From Fonticula alba ATCC 38817 (Eukaryota > Protista > Nucleariida), in the NCBI GenBank assembly GCA_000388065.2, contig KB932201.1: a stretch of DNA of 23,297 bases; one strand, written 5' to 3'. Positions within the stretch are counted from its first letter, which is position 1. The number at the start of each line of letters is the position of its first letter. The position numbers and the translations under genes are program-made. This document shows positions 1-8,976 of the stretch, piece by piece. The notes below the pieces were generated by a model. The model had not been told where the DNA came from and ran no database searches. It worked only from the letters and a program-made list of their open reading frames with translations.

Positions 1-320
1 GGCCCCTGCAGGGGGCGGGAGGGGGGAGGGGGGGGGACGCCCGGGGAAGGAGAGACACACGAGGGGCCAAGGAGGCCCGCGAGGGTGGGCGCGGGCCACA
101 CCGGTGGAGCTCGACGACGAGATGCGCCCTCCTGGCTCCCCCCCTCGCCGGCCGAGGGGGTGCAGCATGGATCGCCCCGAAAGGGCATATCCCCGCGCGC
201 CGGCAGGAACGACGCTTGGCGGAGTGAAGCCTCGCCGCTGCGATGGGCTTGGAGAGAGAGAGAGAGAGAGAGCGAGAGAGCGAGAGCACGGCGCGCGAGT
301 GGCTCTCTCTGGCGGGGAGG

Positions 321-325
321 AAAAA
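321..325 (-). terminator. Pol III T5 terminator of tRNA-Phe
   Basis: AAAAA on + (TTTTT on -), 7 nt downstream of the tRNA 3' end. Confidence 0.7.
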
Positions 326-332
326 GAGAAGC

Positions 333-405
333 TGCCTCGAACCAGGATTGAACTGGTGACCTTGTGATCTTCAGTCACACGCTCTCCCAACTGAGCTATC
401 GAGGC
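333..405 (-). tRNA. tRNA-Phe (GAA)
   Basis: Reverse complement GCCTCGA TA GCTC AGTTGGGA GAGC G TGTGA CTGAAGA TCACA AGGTC ACCAG TTCAATC CTGGT TCGAGGC A folds into a complete 73-nt cloverleaf with anticodon GAA and intact A and B boxes. Confidence 0.97.
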
Positions 406-700
406 ATGAAAGCGGGACACCGGAGGACGTACTTGGCGTTTCGGCAAAGGGGGCGGGGGGCCCGGGCCGCGCGGCCGAGGGTGTCGTCCGTGCTGTGGGC
501 ACGCACAGCGGGGGCGGGGCGTTTTTCGCCCTCTTTCATCCGTGTAGCCCCCCCTCCCCCACCCCATGTGCATGCCCCGGCAGGCGCCTGTCCCGACCGG
601 GAGGCCGGGACAAAAAGTCTTGCGCACACACACTGTCCCACCGGCAAGGGGCGCGACCGGTCCCGGAAACCGGAAAGAGCGCAAAAGTAGCAAAAGAATG

Positions 701-772
701 GGGGAGATCCGGGAATCGAACTCGGGACCTCTCGCACCCGAAGCGAGAATCATACCACTAGACTAATCTCCC
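701..772 (-). tRNA. tRNA-Pro (CGG)
   Basis: Reverse complement GGGAGAT TA GTCT AGTGGT ATGAT T CTCGC TTCGGGT GCGAG AGGTC CCGAG TTCGATT CCCGG ATCTCCC C gives a 72-nt cloverleaf with anticodon CGG and one A.C mismatch in the T stem. T4 runs follow at 692-695 and 683-686. Confidence 0.95.
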
Positions 773-901
773 ACCGCTGGAGGAGGGGCACCACGATGTT
801 GTATTGATACCTTCGGCTGGGGACGCGGGTCGTGTGACCAGCCGCCCACCCCGGCGCATGATCTTCCCGGTTAAATGGGCATTGTGCGCAGCGTCCGTCA
901 A

Positions 902-989
902 CCAACCATAGCTCAATTGGTAGAGCATCAGACTGTAGTGGTAAAAAGCAATTATCTGAGGGTCGCTGGTTCGATTCCGGCTGGTTGGA
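902..989 (+). tRNA. tRNA-Tyr (GTA) with 15-nt intron (939-953)
   Basis: CCAACCA/TGGTTGG acceptor stem with the C1-G72 pair typical of eukaryotic tRNA-Tyr. TCAGA/TCTGA anticodon stem; loop CTGTAG|intron TGGTAAAAAGCAATT|A at the canonical 37/38 position; T arm GCTGG TTCGATT CCGGC. Mature length 73 nt. Confidence 0.96.
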
Positions 990-994
990 TGTCC

Positions 995-998
995 TTTT
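995..998 (+). terminator. Pol III T4 terminator of tRNA-Tyr
   Basis: TTTT 5 nt after the discriminator base. Confidence 0.6.
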
Positions 999-1947
999 GC
1001 GCGTGCGCCCGCGAGTTAACTGGGCTCCCTCTTCGGGCATTCCTGGATCACACCATTTCGGGTGTGACACCCCGGTTGTACCCTCTCTAATCGCAGATTC
1101 CGGCCCCGCGGCGCTGGCGCTCCAAGACGACAGCGTCCCCCGACGGCAGGGGGCAGCGGGGGCGATCACCCGGGGGGGCGGCGGCGGCCCACACGACACA
1201 TGGGCGCGGCCTGCGCACATGGGGGGGGGGGGGGGCGGCGCGGGGGGCAGGGGAGTGCGCTGAACGCCGCAAGAGCGGGGAGGGGGGGAGCTCGGCCCGA
1301 CGCGGGGTCCGCCTGCCGGCAACACCTCTGGCCATGATGTTGTCTGGCCGCCTTTTGCGTGTGTGCATATGCCGAGGCAGACAAGTCCGGCGGCCGGGGG
1401 GGGGGGGACGAGACATGCAAGAGGGGCTTGAGAAGTGTCCGGAAGAGGCGGCGACCACAGGTGCGGCCAGCAAGGACTCTCGCGAAGCGGCCGACCTGGC
1501 AGCCACCCCCACACAAGCAGGCCGAAATATCGCCACGGGTCCTCCCCCCCCCCCCCCCCCCCCGGAGGGACCTCCGGCCCGGAGTCAGGGGGCATGGCCC
1601 GTTCACGCATCGGGCGCCGGCGCGCGGATTCCAGGTGACGCGGGAATCTGGTGGATTTCTCGACGTGCCGAGGGGGTGCTCGCAGGTTCGCTCGTCTTCT
1701 CTCGAAGCCGGCGGCCATGGCCGCGGGGGGCAGGAAACCCGGGGAGGCGGGCGCCGGGGGCGCAGGAAGGAAGGGCCGCCCGCGCCGCCCCATCCCGCGC
1801 GAACCCGGCGCGGGGGGCCTCTCACACGCCCATCGGGCAGCGGCCATCCCGGGGGGGATGCGGCCAATCCCCAGCGCGAAAAGGACACCGCCCGGGGGCG
1901 GGCGGGCCAGGGCCGACCAGCACCCCCGGCCGGCGAGAGGGCCCGGA

Positions 1948-1987
1948 GCAGCAGCAGCAGCAGCAGCATTGTTGTTGTTGTTGTTTT
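1948..1987. repeat. Compound trinucleotide microsatellite (GCA)7(TTG)5 followed by TTTT
   Basis: Read directly from the sequence. Confidence 0.9.
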
Positions 1988-2841
1988 CCCCCCCCCCCCT
2001 CCCTCCGTCGTCCAACTTGGTGGGCGGGGTCCGGCACGCGGGATTCCGACCGCCTCGCGCCGGTCCCCGACGAGAGTGGGGCAAGGCCGGGTCCAGTGTG
2101 TGTTGGCCGCGTCCTCGGGCACACTCATGGCATATTAAATATGACTCAATGTGGCCCGCGCACTCCCGTTGCCCGAGGAAAGATCGCCGGGCCCCCTCCC
2201 TTGCGGGGACCGCCCGGCCCCGGATGCCGAGGTGCCCCCCCGCCGGCCGGCCAGCCCCCTGGTTGCTTTCTGGGGTGTCACCCGGTGGCGGACGTCCTCC
2301 AACGGTGCGCGGGGGTTGAGGACGCCGAGGGAGCTCCCCGCCCGGGGAGAGCCAGGTGCGTGTGTGTGTGTGTGTGTGCCTGCGGGTGCCGGAGGCGTGC
2401 CCGCGCGCGCATCGATTGCTCCCCGAACTCGCCCCCTGGCGCGCACATGGCCCCCACTGCGGGCCCGCCCCCCAAAATGGGGCCACCCGGCGAGGCTCCC
2501 TTCGCCTGGAAATATGCCCGCGCCCCGGCGGCCGCCTCTCGCGCCCATCGGCGCCAAGTTCGTGAGCCTGCACGAATGCCCGGCCGGCCGTGTTCCCACG
2601 TCAAGCACCCGGGCCGGGGGGTGCCGGACCTGCCCATGGCGCGCCACGCGCTTCATATCTCCCCGCCGCGGCTCCCCGCATCGGCGGCCCTTGATATAAT
2701 GATGCGGGTGTCCTCCGTCCGCCGGGCGGGGGGGGGGGGGGCGATGCCTCACCGAGCCTGGTCGGCCGGGCACGGGGGGACGCCTGCCAACGGGGCCGGC
2801 CCGTGCGGGGAGAGGGGCCCAGCTGCACGGCAGGAGCCAGG

Positions 2842-2873
<32 letters not shown>

Positions 2874-3465
2874 CGCCCGTCCGACTACCGGTGACGGTCG
2901 GCGCGCGTTCCGGCCGCCGGACGTTTTCTACCCTGCCCTTCTTCCAACTGGCCGACCAGCATTCCGCCCCTCCCGGCCGGGCCGGGGCGACCTGCAGCCG
3001 GTGGTAGTTGCTGCCCGAGCCGAAGACCACGCAGGTCCCCCCCGCCCCCGGGCCCTCGGCTCGTTCGGGTCGTCACCGGCAAGCGGGGGGGGGGGGGATC
3101 CCCGGGGGCGGCGAGGCAGACCGGGCCCTCGCCGTCTTCCCCGGAGAGAGAGAGCGAGAGAGAGAGACACACACCCCGGCTCGCACTTCACGGGGCCCTA
3201 CGGTGCCTTGCACCATTATTGTTTCTTTTCACGCTCTGGCAACCGCGTGCGCCGCCCGTGCCTTCGGCCAGCGTGAGAGCCGCCCGGGCCCTGGCCCACT
3301 TTCGGCCCCGTGAAATGAGCAGCGGGAGATCCTCTTGGCCCCTCGGCAGCCGGGGGTACTGGCGGCGGCCCGGCGGCCCGGGGCCCGGCGGAGCACACAC
3401 ACACACACGCACACTAGTTTGGACAAGGCTCGGTCCCCAGGCATGGAAGCCCCGCACCCCCGCCC

Positions 3466-3560
3466 NNNNNNNNNNNNNNNNNNNNNNNNNNNNNNNNNNN
3501 NNNNNNNNNNNNNNNNNNNNNNNNNNNNNNNNNNNNNNNNNNNNNNNNNNNNNNNNNNNN
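3466..3560. other. Assembly gap (95 N); further gaps at 5220-5629, 16782-16961, 17864-17906, 19377-19431
   Basis: Runs of N, mostly flanked by homopolymer or microsatellite tracts. Confidence 0.99.
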
Positions 3561-3615
3561 TTTCTCTTTTCCCCCTCTCCCCGCCTCTTCCGCGCTCCCC
3601 TTCTTTGTCCATAGC

Positions 3616-4248
3616 ATGACTGGACCATTGCCTGATCCGGCCCCGCCGCTAGCCGCCGGCCCCGCAGCTGGCGCCGCCCCTGAGGAGTTTGACGTTGTGA
3701 TTATCGGCGCCGGCCTCAGTGGCCTCTCTGCCGCCCGTCGGCTTCAGTCCCGCGTGCGTACCTGTCGCGGGTCTTGGCCCGTCCCGCTGCCGCTGCCGCC
3801 GCCGCCGCCGCCGCCGCCGCCTCCGGGCTGGTTCCGACCGCGTGCTGGCTCTTTCCCCCTGCCCTGTGTGCCCATCCTGACACCCACTCACCCGCACATG
3901 CAACGCACTCGCAGGGTCTCTCGGTCGCGGTGCTCGAGGCGCAGGACCGCGTCGGCGGCCGGCTTCTCACCAACGCCCCGATCGATTTGGCCGATGGCAC
4001 CCAGTCGAGGCCGATCGACTCCGGCGGCGCATATGTCGGCCCCCGCCAGCGCCGTGTCCTCGGCCTGGCCAATGAGCTGGACGTGACGACGTACAAAATC
4101 TACGACCAGGGCAATGGGCTTCTGCGTATGAATGGCCAGGTTACCGTATGTTCGGGCTCATCCCCGCGCCCCCCAAGCAAGCACAAGCGCCCCCTCTCTC
4201 TTGGACCAGCCGTCTCTCCGCCCTCGTCCTCGCCCTCACACCCTTTCC

Positions 4249-4282
<34 letters not shown>

Positions 4283-7072
4283 CGCACACATGCACGCACC
4301 CCCTCTTCCTCGCTCCGTCAGATCTCCGAGGACCCCCTGCCGCACAGTGCCATTGCCCGGCTGGACCTCAACGACTTGATCCTCAAGACCGACAGCCTGA
4401 TTGAGCAGCTGGAGGACAACTTCTGGGAAGGGTATGCCCGCCCGTGGGTCATTCTCTCTTCCGCTCCTCGAGATCGCACGACGCCTCCCCCTGCTTGGCG
4501 GCCTTCTAACGCTCCCTCTTCGCCCCCCCCCTCCCCCCTCGCAGTGCTCTTGCCAGCAAGCTCGACTCGATGAGCGCCGAGGCATGGATCACCACGACCG
4601 GCTGGACCCCCGAGGCCCGCGAGTATTACCGTGTCCTCATTCGGTCGATCACTTGTGTCGAGCCGCCCGAGGTATGAGCATGCGTCCTCCCTCCCGCCTC
4701 CCTCCTGCTTCTCTCTCTCTTTCTCTCTCTCTCGCTCTCTCCTCCCTGTCCCCGGCTGCCTTCTCTGACGGTCGTTTCGTCCCACATGCCAGGTCTCCTT
4801 CCTCCACTGGCTGGCTGGCATCCGGTCGGCCGGCGGCATGCGCCGGACTCTGGCCGGCGATGGCGGCGCACAGGAGCGCAAGATCATCGGTGGTGCGGCC
4901 CAGCTGGCGCACCGCCTGGCCGAGGACGTCCTCATGCCGGGCACCGTGCGTATGCTGCACCGGGTGATCAGCGTGCACTATGCCCATCCCGATTTGCCGT
5001 CCGCCGCCTCGGCCAGCGGCAGTCTCAATGTCGAGCGTCCGGAGGACGGCGCTCGCATTGCCTGCGAGAATGGCGCCATCTTCCTGGCGAAGTATGTTCC
5101 TCCCCCTGGGGTTTTCGCCCGTTCAACCCACCAACCGCCCGGCCCATGCGCACTCCTCTGACACCACCTCCCCACGGCTCTCCTCCTCCTCCTCCTCCTC
5201 CTCCTCCTCCTCCTCCTCCNNNNNNNNNNNNNNNNNNNNNNNNNNNNNNNNNNNNNNNNNNNNNNNNNNNNNNNNNNNNNNNNNNNNNNNNNNNNNNNNN
5301 NNNNNNNNNNNNNNNNNNNNNNNNNNNNNNNNNNNNNNNNNNNNNNNNNNNNNNNNNNNNNNNNNNNNNNNNNNNNNNNNNNNNNNNNNNNNNNNNNNNN
5401 NNNNNNNNNNNNNNNNNNNNNNNNNNNNNNNNNNNNNNNNNNNNNNNNNNNNNNNNNNNNNNNNNNNNNNNNNNNNNNNNNNNNNNNNNNNNNNNNNNNN
5501 NNNNNNNNNNNNNNNNNNNNNNNNNNNNNNNNNNNNNNNNNNNNNNNNNNNNNNNNNNNNNNNNNNNNNNNNNNNNNNNNNNNNNNNNNNNNNNNNNNNN
5601 NNNNNNNNNNNNNNNNNNNNNNNNNNNNNCCTCCTCCTCGCTGCCGCGCCCGCCTTTGCGACATCGCCCCCACCCCCCGCACGGGAAACAGGCGCGTTAT
5701 CATGGCCCTGCCGCCCACGCTCTACCCGACCATCGAGTTCTGCCCGCCGCTTCCGGCGCCCAAGATGCATCTGGCTCAGCGCATGCCGATGGGCTGTGTC
5801 ATCAAGACCATGACCTTCTTCAAGCGCCCGTACTGGCGTGAGAAGGGTCTCTCCGGAACCATCATCGACGACCAGGGCCCGCTGGCCTTGACTTACGACG
5901 ATTGCCAGCCGGTGCGTGTCGGCCGGGCGCGGCCCTCCTCCCCCCCCCCCCCCCCATCAGGATGGCTCCTGCCCCGCGCTGGTGGGCTTCATCGTGGCTG
6001 GGCGTGCTCTCATCGAGAGCAGTTCCCTCCTGCTGCCGGAATGCCCGGCATCACAGGCGGCCGCCGAAGAACAGCGCCGAAAACTGGTCGAGGCCCAGTA
6101 TCGCTCGATCCTGGGCGAGGACATAGAAATCACGGGGTATATAGAAAAAGATTGGTCCTCCGACCGGTTTTCCGGCGGCTGCTACAGCGGCGTCTTCATC
6201 CCCGGCACGGCCACCCTCCTTGCCGGCATTCTGGCCACCCCCCATGGGCCGATCCATTTTGCCGGCACCGAAACCTGCGACGTGTGGTTCGGCTACATGG
6301 AGGGTGCCATCCAGGCGGGCGAGCGCGAGGCCTGCCAGGTGGCCCTGTCACTTGGCCTGCCCTCGTTGCCCATCTCCACCTACCCATCGATGTCGCAGTT
6401 GAACAGCCCCCTGTCCAGTCGGTCCCCCTCGTCGATGTACCTGTCGACGGCCGCTCAGTCGGACTGCCAGTCGTCGCCCTCCTCCTCGTCCGCCAGCGAC
6501 AGTGAGACGTCCTCGCCGCTGGGCTTCGACCCGAAGGCCGGCGCCCCGTTGTCGGACAAGCTGGCCGGCACGGTCCCCGGAAGCCCGGTGCTTCCGAGCG
6601 CCAGCCCGTCGCTCTTTTCCCTGGCCGAGTCGGATGCCTCGTCCCCCTCGGACGAGGAGGGCTATGAGCCTCAGCAGTGGGCCGACCCGGAGTATGTGAA
6701 TTGGGCTGCCAAGGCCGAGCATATTCCCCTCTGGCCGTACCCCAAGATCCAGTACTGGCTGCCGAGTGTGCGTTCCGTGCCTTCCCTCCTGGCGCACGCC
6801 TACCTTGCGGTCTGGCCCCGGGTCCTGCGTTCCCTCCACCTCCGTCCCCTGTCTTCCCCTCCTGCCTTTCGTTGCTCAGCATATGCCGACACTGACTCTG
6901 GTGGTCGCTTTCGCGTGGCGGTTCTCTTTGGGACACTCGCGTCCATCGGCGGGGCGCGCACGCGCGGGTGCAGGTGTCTACCCTTGCCAAGATGACGGTT
7001 GGCGCGTCGGTGGTGGCCCTGGCCGCCTCGGCCGTCGCTGCTGGCGTCATCCTGCGCAGCCGTCTCAACTGA
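3616..7072 (+). CDS. MAO: Flavin-containing monoamine oxidase (MAO-A/B-like), ~676 aa, 8 exons, C-terminal tail anchor
   Basis: Exons 3616-3753, 3915-4145, 4322-4431, 4545-4671, 4793-5091, 5692-5911, 5961-6767, 6974-7072 (2031 nt; all GT-AG, phases consistent). Motifs: GAGLSG (FAD Rossmann), EAQDRVGGR, DSGGAYVGPRQ, GGAQERK, GCVIK, SGGCY, FAGTET...GYMEGAIQAGER. The last exon restores WLPS|VSTLAK plus a 21-aa hydrophobic segment and RSRLN, paralleling the MAO-A tail. Intron 5 spans a 410-N gap, but the flanking exons join seamlessly (AK|RVIMALPP). The last intron (6768-6973) is the least certain. Confidence 0.93.
5181..5639. repeat. (CCT)n microsatellite flanking both sides of the 410-N gap in MAO intron 5
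   Basis: CCT repeats run into the gap at 5219 and resume at 5630, so the gap is probably an unresolved long repeat. Confidence 0.75.
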
Positions 7073-7898
7073 TTGAACTTGGACCCTTGCGCCCTCCTTC
7101 TCCCCTCCGCGTCTGTGGCACTGCCCTCCCACCACCACCACCACCTCCTCCTCCTCCTCTTCCTCTCCCTTGCCACTGGCCGATGTTGGCGCATGTGTAG
7201 ATATGCGTCAATGTCGGTGGCAGGCGGGGTCGGTGAGTGCGTGTGCGTGTGCGGGTACGTGAGCCGGGGGCCGCCCTTGGCCAATGACTCGGTCCGGGCG
7301 CATGCCATCCTCCCCCCACCAGATGGCATGTGCCCAGCCCGCCGAGTGTCATTGGCGCCGGCCAGCCCGCGAGGCAGAGAGGGCGCCGACCGGCCAGCCA
7401 GCCAGCCGGGGCAGGGACGGAGCATGCCCGCGTGACTGCATGTATGTGTTGTCGTGCGCGCGCGCGTGTTTCTCCATGCCACTGCGCACATGCTCCACTT
7501 GCCAATGCTGTCCCTCTCCGCCGGTCGTGGCAGCTTTCGTGTTCCTTCTGGCCTTTTTGCTGCCAGGGGGGTGTACGGTGCGTGCTTGTCCTGCTGCGAA
7601 GATCTCCTCCTCGCTGCGCGCCCTCCCCGCAGCGGGGCGGTCCTGCGCCCGGGGTGGCGGGCGGCCCTTCCGGTCGCCCCTGTAGTAGGATAGCCATTGG
7701 GGTATCATCGCCCTCCGCCGCCTTCGCCGCCGCGCCACGCGCGACTGCCACCGCGCCACCACCGTCATCGTCGACACCTTTGCCACTGCCATTCCCCCTA
7801 GCCCGTTAAACGCCTTTATATTGACCGTTTTCCTCGGGCTGCGGGGGGAGGGGGGGAGGAGGGGGGTTGTGCTTGATCTCTTGTGTACACGGGGCTCC

Positions 7899-7904
7899 AA
7901 TAAA
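7899..7904 (+). promoter_or_regulatory. Candidate polyadenylation signal (AATAAA) for the MAO transcript
   Basis: Canonical hexamer in a GC-rich intergenic region, ~830 nt after the MAO stop. Assigned by position only. Confidence 0.35.
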
Positions 7905-8114
7905 CGTCAGATGTGGTCTATTGCCAGGCGGGAGAGCGGATGCGCTCGGGTGGTCTTATTTTGTTTGCGTCTTTTCCCCCTTCCCAATGGCTCCCCTCTT
8001 GTGAGGAGATCCGTCCGGCCATCCCCTGGGGTACTTTTTTTTTCTGCAGGGGGGGGGGGGGGAGTCAAGGCAGAAGTCGAGAATGTGCGAGAGGGAGGGA
8101 TCCTCTTCTGCTGC

Positions 8115-8902
8115 TCAAAGGCGAGCAACCTGGTCGCCACAGGACCGGGCGATGGCTTGCTTCCAGTCTTGGCGCATGATCTGGCACTCTGTGTGCGGTC
8201 CACAGCGAGGGGTTAGTCACAAGACGGGCGCGTCCGGATGGCCCTGCGCCTGTTGTGCGTGGGGCAAATGCACTGGCACGTACTCTCGGGAGCGATGTTC
8301 GGCCGGAAAGACTGCCGGCTGCCCAGGAGACTGGCCTGGTCGGCGTCCGGCCCGGTGGCATGGGGCCAGAGGCCAGCACCAACGCCGGCCAGATATGCCG
8401 CCCCGAGGGCGGTCACCTCGCGCATGTGCGGGCGCTCTGTGAAGAGCCGAGGAGGGAGGCGGAGCATGGGATGCATGAGAAATGGCGTCCCACGGGGTAG
8501 GGGCTTGATTTGAAACAGGCCGGAGGGGAATGAGGGAGAAACAAAAAAAAGGGAGGGAGGGGAGGGGGGGGGGGGCGGAGGAAGAAGGCACGCACCGACA
8601 GCCACGCCGGCCAAATCCGACTGCAGCTGCACCAGGAAGTCCGAATGCGTGACACCGCCATCCACATAGAGCGTGGTGTCGGGCTGGGCACTCGAGTCGC
8701 CTGCCGCCGACGCGCGGTCCATCTGGATGGCATCCAGCACATCGCACGTTTGGTGCGCGATGGCCTCGAGCGCCGCACGGCAGAGGTGCCTGCGGTCGGT
8801 GAACTGCGTGAGCCCGGTGATGATACTGTGCTCGGTGAAGGTAAGATTGTCAGAGCCCCGGGGTTGGTACATGAGGCGGGCGTGAGCATTCACGCGCGCG
8901 CG

Positions 8903-8939
<37 letters not shown>

Positions 8940-8942
8940 ACA

Positions 8943-8976
<34 letters not shown>

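Noticed and set aside
427-436. ACGTACTTGG, resembling a variant U1 5' end that could pair with +4-pyrimidine donors
   Set aside because: No U1-70K loop, U1A loop or Sm site follows it, and it lies in the tRNA-Phe upstream region.
2175-2190. GAGGAAAG resembling CR-I of RNase MRP/P RNA
   Set aside because: It lacks the following GUC/P4 strand, and there is no CR-IV or CR-V within a plausible distance.
2573-2611. RVLDVGTRPAGHS in a minus-strand ORF, resembling the FtsJ/RlmE SAM-binding motif VxDLGAAPGGWS
   Set aside because: Upstream and downstream spacing do not fit the methyltransferase fold, and the flanks are GC-frame filler. Probably chance; a tBLASTn/HMM search would settle it.
750-3007. 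Long ORFs 750..2573 (-, 607 aa) and 1334..3007 (+, 557 aa)
   Set aside because: Composition is dominated by Arg/Pro/Gly/Ala, they read through microsatellites and overlap tRNA genes, and they have no recognisable motif. Long stop-free frames are expected at this GC content.
7061-7080. MAO ending SRL-N-stop, checked for cryptic PTS1 or stop-codon readthrough
   Set aside because: SRL is not terminal, and the stop context TGA-TTG is not the TGA-CTA readthrough motif.
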